A stretch of 64,000 bases of DNA from Octopus vulgaris (Eukaryota), in NCBI GenBank assembly GCA_951406725.2, contig OX597830.1, positions 73,222,001-73,286,000 on the forward strand. Reading direction: 5' to 3'. The position numbers and the translations under genes are program-made. Each line of letters opens with the position of its first letter. Position 1 is the stretch's first letter. A model generated the notes under the pieces. That model worked only from the letters and a program-made list of their open reading frames with translations, was not told where the DNA came from and searched no databases. Below are positions 57,668 to 64,000 of this stretch, piece by piece.

Positions 57668-57802
57668 AGAGAGTGCTGTTAAATTCTTGGCTTTGCGTAA
57701 AAGAAAATACAGGAGGATTTGTTAATTATGATTTTATTCAACATGTTCCCCTCTCAGATTCACACACTTATCGCAGCGGTCCTTCAGTTCATCTAAGCCC
57801 CA
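57668..57802 (-). mobile_element. Mariner MITE fragment (same family as 60118-60330)
   Basis: Minus strand GLDELKDRCDKCVNLRGEHVE*; aligns with the reverse complement of 60197-60328. Confidence 0.8.
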
Positions 57803-57822
57803 GAACTCGGGAGTTCGGGCCT

Positions 57823-57896
57823 CCCGTGTTCCTTTCTGTTGAAGGACGTAGACTCGAAGCGTAAAAGACTTTCTCACCTTCCCGAGTGTTGAAACG
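57823..57896 (+). mobile_element. Second, decayed copy of the Penelope-like/hammerhead repeat at 34470-34660
   Basis: ctttctgttgaaggacgtagactcgaagcgtaaaagacttt versus ctttctgtagaagagcgtaggctcgaaacgtaaaagacttt. Confidence 0.7.
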
Positions 57897-58647
57897 CACA
57901 CACACACACACACATATATATATATAATTATTTGCAAGATCCAATGCAATTGAGGTATTTGAATAACAGCAAGGTAGAGTGGAGGACAGCGTACCCGTGT
58001 ATCACGGAAGCTAAAGTGCTTATTATAGTCTGTACAACAAATAAGGTAGCAAAGCACGACAAACCGTCTGACTCGAAACAGCATTTTAGTATAGGGGTTA
58101 CAAACGATATTGGAGAAAACCTGACAGACGTATTGCTGTAGAATGTACGTACACATCTATTAATTTCTTATACAACTCATATACACATATGACAATGACA
58201 GTAGATGGTCTATAATGGCCATCGAGCAGTAGACCGATTGAACTAAACCACGTTTTGGATTTGGCTGCTACTTTTAACACATCGAACGCCGAGTGACAAT
58301 TTCAAGTCCTTGTATTAGGGTATGATAAATAGGATTCCGTCAGTTGACCTTTTCTAGAAGAGTGGGAGGGAGCGTAAGATGGATTCCATCGTCACGCTCT
58401 TTATGCATTAGTGTCTTCTGGCTTAGTTGGTGTAAGTGTGCGCGCCTTTGCGCGTGTGTGTGTGTGTGTTGATGCACGTGTGAGTGTAAATGAGAAATGA
58501 ATGACGGATTAAGGAGATTATACTACGACTCAAAACACTAAAGATTAAAAGAAAGCATATTAATCCTCAATACGTGTCAAAATAATGGACCTTTCCTTTT
58601 GATGAAGTTTTAACGTACAGCTACAAAGGAAATTATTACTGTTATCC

Positions 58648-58694
<47 letters not shown>

Positions 58695-58887
58695 ACTTGT
58701 AAATATTTTTGCATAAGTATATGCTCCTTAAATACATTAGGCCAGTCTGTCTCGACGGAAGAAATGGCTGCGCGCTGTGGAAACTAAAGAATTACAGGCA
58801 ACGGGGCCGTCTTCATTAACTTGTGGCATTCTTGGTTTGTAATGATAGACAAGTGGATAGATAGATAGAGATCTCGAGAAACGTCTG

Positions 58888-58982
<95 letters not shown>

Positions 58983-59184
58983 GCACACACACATACATAT
59001 AAACAAATATATATATTTATATTCATAATTAATATACATTTTATAGGTAGATAGATAGATACATGTCAACGTAATGATAGAAAATAACCATGCAAAATTA
59101 TATATATATATATATATCTTTCTATCTCTCTCCCTCTGTATGCGCGCGCGCGTGTGTATGTATGTATGTATGTATGTATATATA

Positions 59185-59342
59185 CAACAGGCTTTTTCAG
59201 CTTCCGTTTGCAAAATCCACACATAAGGCTTTGGTCATCCCGAAGCTATAGCCGAAAAGATTTAACCAAAGTGCCACACTGAATCCAGTACTATTATGTC
59301 ATTAGGAAGCAAACCTCTGGGCAAACAGACACGCCTGCGCCT
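59185..59342 (-). mobile_element. SINE A 5' half, diverged
   Basis: caggctttttcagcttccg..aaatccac..aaggctttggtc..cacgcctgcgcc. Confidence 0.78.
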
Positions 59343-59352
59343 ACACACAGAC

Positions 59353-59408
<56 letters not shown>

Positions 59409-59477
59409 TATAGGAAGCGCTTCCTGAAGATTTCTCTTGAATGAAACAGTTCTAGTCCTGTAGAAGCTCCTTCTATA
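59409..59477 (+). ncRNA. Type I hammerhead ribozyme
   Basis: Stem I gcttc/gaagc (extends to 13 of 15 pairs), CTGAAGA 59424-30, stem II t-ttc(tctt)gaa-t, GAAA 59443-46, stem III acag/ctgt, cleavage triplet GUA ending at 59462. Confidence 0.8.
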
Positions 59478-59551
59478 TAATAAATTAATTTTACTCTGCT
59501 ATGTATTGAGTACCTTATTTACTGTGGTTAACCCCGAATCAACCCGGGACC

Positions 59552-59606
<55 letters not shown>

Positions 59607-60117
59607 CCACACACATAATCAGGCCTGTGCATGCATTACACATTTGTGCATATGTAATTAACATCATACCTGTGTTCATATGCACGCATACGTATACATA
59701 TGCATCGCGCTATAAGTATATGTGTTTGTGTGTCACTGTGCATGTGTGTGTGTGTGTTTGTATGTCTATGCAACTAGATTTCTTTGTATGATATATTCTT
59801 TGTTCCTAACGATGTCACACTTCCGCCGGAAGTTGAGCTATTTGATCCCCTTTTCATTGAGATTTTTTTTTATCAATAGTATTATGTAACCACATGTTTT
59901 CATTATATTTTTTTTTTTTTTTTTTTTGCTTTATTTCATTATTGCACAATGATTTTTCCCCCTCTGTCATCTTTTCGTTTTTCATTTGATATGGTTGTTG
60001 TCAAGCCATCACTGCTATCCATTTCGCAACACAGTATCGCATATGTTTCGAATCACGTGTGAATGTTCCACTTACGTATGTAAATACAGATATGAGAAGT
60101 GTGTGTGTGTGGGGGGG

Positions 60118-60330
60118 GGGGGGTGATGAAAAGTTCCTGACTTTAAGGGTATTGTGAATGGCCTGGTTGGAAACCCAACTTTCCGGGTTCTTTTAATAGA
60201 GTTTGGAAACAATGAAGGATTGCTGCAATAAATGTGTGGACCTGAGAGGGAAATGCGCTGAAGAAATATCGTAATTAACTGAACCTCCTGTACTTTCTTT
60301 TACCCAAAGTCAGGAAAATTTCAGTATTGG
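60118..60330 (+). mobile_element. Mariner MITE retaining the transposase C-terminus
   Basis: Imperfect TIRs tgatgaaaagttcctgacttt / aaagtcaggaaaatttcagta; internal LETMKDCCNKCVDLRGKCAE. Confidence 0.78.
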
Positions 60331-61415
60331 CATACATGTATATATACTTATGTATTCGTATATATGGATATATGATATATATTTATATACATTATATACA
60401 TTATCTCCCTCTCTCTCTTCTCTCTCTCTCTATTTATATATATACACATATATATATAGTGTATTTGCATATGTATATACCAGGACGAATGAATATCAGA
60501 TTTCCTTCCCCACAAAAGAGCAAATGATTGTCGAATCATTATAATAAATTCTTCTTCTTCTTCTTCTTCTTCTTCTTCTTCTTCTTCTTCTTCTTCTTCT
60601 TCTTCTTCTTCTTCTTCTTCTTCTTCTTCTTCTTCTTCTTGCCCCTCCTCCTCACCATCATCCTCTTCATCATCATCATAATCCTCCTCCTCATCATCAT
60701 TTTAATCACCACCACTATCATCATCAACATCCTCATTATTATCAGTTCCTTAACCCTTTCCCAATGTCAACAGTGATACCCACATCATCATTACCAATCC
60801 TAATTGCAACGGGATAAGATTGGTTCCTACACGTGTTGCTCATTGACCCCAAATACCGCCCAAAAAGCCATCAAATCCTTCCCTTCAATCTGAAAAATAT
60901 GACGCTTATGAAAATGCCTGTTTTCTCTTTTTTTTTTCGGATTTTCAAAGCTGTTTGTCTTGAAAATGTCCCCTGTGAATGTGACACTTGTCCGCGCAAG
61001 CTTAAACCTTAGATGTTAGTGGTGTACACTACATCAATATGAAATGTAGTATGTTGCTCAAAGACACCACCCTGTTCGAGAATCGAACCGACGATCTACT
61101 AACGATCGTGTACTCAACGCTTTAAGCATTAAACTACGTGCATTTTTTACACAAGAAAATGTATTTGAAGATAAAGAAAATGACACGATTGTCATAGTGA
61201 TCAGAAATGACAGGAAGTGAAACAACAATAGTAACAACAACAACAACAGCAACAACATGAATAGAAGACTACGTAAACAATAATGACAATACTAAGAACT
61301 AAATCTATTAAAGTATAATGTAGACACCTATGATATATGATCACAACAACAATAACAGTAACAAAAAGATGTACAGCCTGTTACAAGCTACACAAACAAA
61401 CAAAAAAATAAAGAG

Positions 61416-61851
61416 TAGGAGTGGCTGTGTGGTAAGTAGCTTGCTAATCAACCACATGGTTCCGGGTACAGTCCCACTGCATGGCATCTTGGGCAAGTGT
61501 CTTCTACTGTAGCCTCGGGCCAACCAAAGCCTTGTGAGTGGATTTGGTAGACGGAAACCGAAAGAAGCCCGTCGTATATATGTATGTATGTATGTATATA
61601 TATATATATGTATGTGTGTGTATATGTTTGTGTGTCTGTGTTTGTCCCCCCAACATTGTTTGACAACCGATGCTGGTGTGTTTATGTCCTCGTCACTTAG
61701 CAGTTCGGCAAAAGAGACCGATAGAATAAGTACTGGGCTTACAGAAGAATAAGTCCCGGGGTCGATTTGCTCGACTAAAAAGGCGGTGCTCCAGCATGGC
61801 CGCAGTCAACTGACTGAAACAAGTAAAAGAGTAAAAAGAGTAAGAGAGTAA
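61416..61851 (+). mobile_element. SINE family A, full length
   Basis: Consensus head through the (gtaaaaga)n tail. Confidence 0.93.
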
Positions 61852-62444
61852 TAAAAGGAGCGAAAATGAAAATAATAACATTCGCACATGTCATGAGTAT
61901 ACGTATACGTTTCAAACAGTAACATTATGGCAAAAATCAAATAAAATAATAATCGGTTTTAGTATCTTAAATTATTTCAGTGAATTGGCTGCACCCATAT
62001 CGTGGCACCGATTTGAAGGGATTTTTGAAGGGAATAAATCCACCCGCACAATGTTTGGTTATACTTCGGTCAATTATTATAGGAGAACTTCGCCCCAATC
62101 GAGGCCTTTTATATGAAGTACGTATGCTGTAGTCTTGGCAGTGAATCACAATAATTGTAATTGAAGAGAAGACAAATTAACGTTACGTGCGTTTCGATGA
62201 ACGACCGCGATTTATTTCATATTAGATCAAAAGAATTATGCAATTTTATGCAATACATTTACAGTTCATTTACTTCTTTAGACATTATATTTTAAATCAC
62301 AATCAACGGATCTCAGGCACATTCATACAGGGTCACTCACGCCATGTTTTTCACTGGTTAATATTTCTGACATCATGCTGTACAATGACTTAATTGTAGA
62401 TACTCCGACATCTCTCCTTTCTTCCTTCCACCTCTCTCTTTGTC

Positions 62445-62500
<56 letters not shown>

Positions 62501-63189
62501 ACACACACACACAAACACACATATATTCAAATATACATATATACTTATATATACATAGATGCCGAGGCCTTCGTCCTGCAGATGATTAAACTGGGGTAAT
62601 TCAATCCAATTAAATGTGTGTCGTGTGAGTGCATGTGTATGTGTGCTTATGCGTGTGTGTGTGTGTGTGTGTGTTTGTGTGTGTGCACGCACGCGTGTGT
62701 GTATACGTATAGATATACACACACATTTATCACATACACACATTTATCACACACACATAACGCCGACATGTTATTATATATCATTTTGATTGTATACACA
62801 AATGTGTGCCTGATGTTTCTCTTACACACATACACACACCCACGCACAATCACAGACATATAAATGCACACAAACACACACACACATAAACCCATAAACA
62901 CATACACATATTTAACGCAACCAGAAAGAAATATACGATAAAAAAATGATAAAAAAAAACGAAAGCGAAAGCGAAAGCGAAAAAAATGTTTCTAGTTGTG
63001 ATTAGTGCATAGTGATGTGGATAGTTTTAATTGAAAATGCTCAACCTTTACCATATCGGGAAACCTGAGATCGTGAGTTCTTATCTGGCTAAGATCTGTT
63101 TAATCAGATGAATAACGAACAACTCATTTCATCCGCTTGATCTGCTGTTCACTCAATTAATATTGCAAACCAATAGGGCCATTTTAACA

Positions 63190-63484
63190 GTGTGTGACCG
63201 TGTGTGTGTGTGCGTGTGTGTCCCCGTGTGTCCGTCCGTATGTGTGTGTCCGCTTGTGTGTGTGTGTGTGTGTGTGTCCATGTGTGTGTGTGCGTGTGTG
63301 TGTCTCCGTATGTGTGTGTCCGTGTGTGTGTGTGTGTGTCCATGTGTGTGTGTGTGTGTGTGTGTGTCTATGTGTGTGTGTGTCCGTCCGTGTGTGTGTG
63401 TGTGTGTGCGTGTGTGTGTCTCCGTATGTGTGTGTGTCCGTCCGTGTGTGTGCGTGTGTGTGTGTCCATGTGTGTGTCCGTCCG

Positions 63485-63519
<35 letters not shown>

Positions 63520-63782
63520 ATGTGTGTGTGTGTGTGTGTCTATGTGTGTGTGTGTCCGTCCGTGTGTGTGTGTGTGCGTGTGTGTGTGTCCGCGTGTGTG
63601 TATGTCCGCGTGTGTGTGTCCGTGTGTCCATGTGTGTGTGTGTGTGTCTATGTGTGTGTGTGTCCGTCCGTGTGTGTGTGTCCGCGCGCGTGTGTGTGTG
63701 TCCGTGTGTGTGTGTGTACGTGTGTGTGTGTCCGTGTGTGTGTGTGTGTGTGTGCGTGTGTGTGTGTGTATGTGCGAGTGCG
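63190..63782. repeat. Complex (GT)n array with recurring ccgtccgt / ctccgtat / ccat / ctat interruptions
   Basis: Directly visible; the interruptions recur in similar order, consistent with block duplications. Confidence 0.93.
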
Positions 63783-64000
63783 TCAGTGATTGCGTAAATC
63801 TCAGACTGTGCATGGTTTGCTAGAAATGTGGTAATGTATATATGTATGCGTATAAGCACGTATCCATGTATGTGTGTATATGCGTAATGTATAAGGAAAT
63901 ACACACACACCACACACACACACACACACACATATACACATATACATATATTCACGCACATACAGGCATACACATATATAAACATATGCATATGTTCACA

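Overview
AT-rich animal genomic DNA with no intact protein-coding gene that I can support. The extreme microsatellite density ((TA)n, (CA)n, (TATG)n, (AAT)n, (CAT)n, (GA)n) and the tRNA-derived SINE families look like a cephalopod, most likely Octopus; this is pattern recognition, not a database result. Almost all ORFs in the track are microsatellite translation artefacts. Real content: at least 6 SINE families (working names A-F, about 45 copies or fragments, several with clear TSDs); decayed Tc1/mariner transposons and miniature derivatives; an R4/Dong-like LINE 3' end; a probable Ty3/gypsy relic; and a histone H3 pseudogene. Main highlights: (1) the H3 fragment lies inside a hAT/Charlie-type non-autonomous element with TIRs and an 8-bp TSD, a possible Pack-TIR gene capture; (2) a type I hammerhead ribozyme with a canonical core at 59409-59477, plus a non-canonical minimal hammerhead family (34565-34602, 57831-57866), both probably Penelope-like or retrozyme remnants; (3) SINE C forms precise head-plus-(~180 bp)n multimers with a palindromic junction, one tetramer bounded by a single TSD; (4) a mariner built from two inverted 5' ends; (5) a nuclear-receptor ER4+DR2 element beside a Meis/Pbx-Hox/ATCGAT motif cluster.
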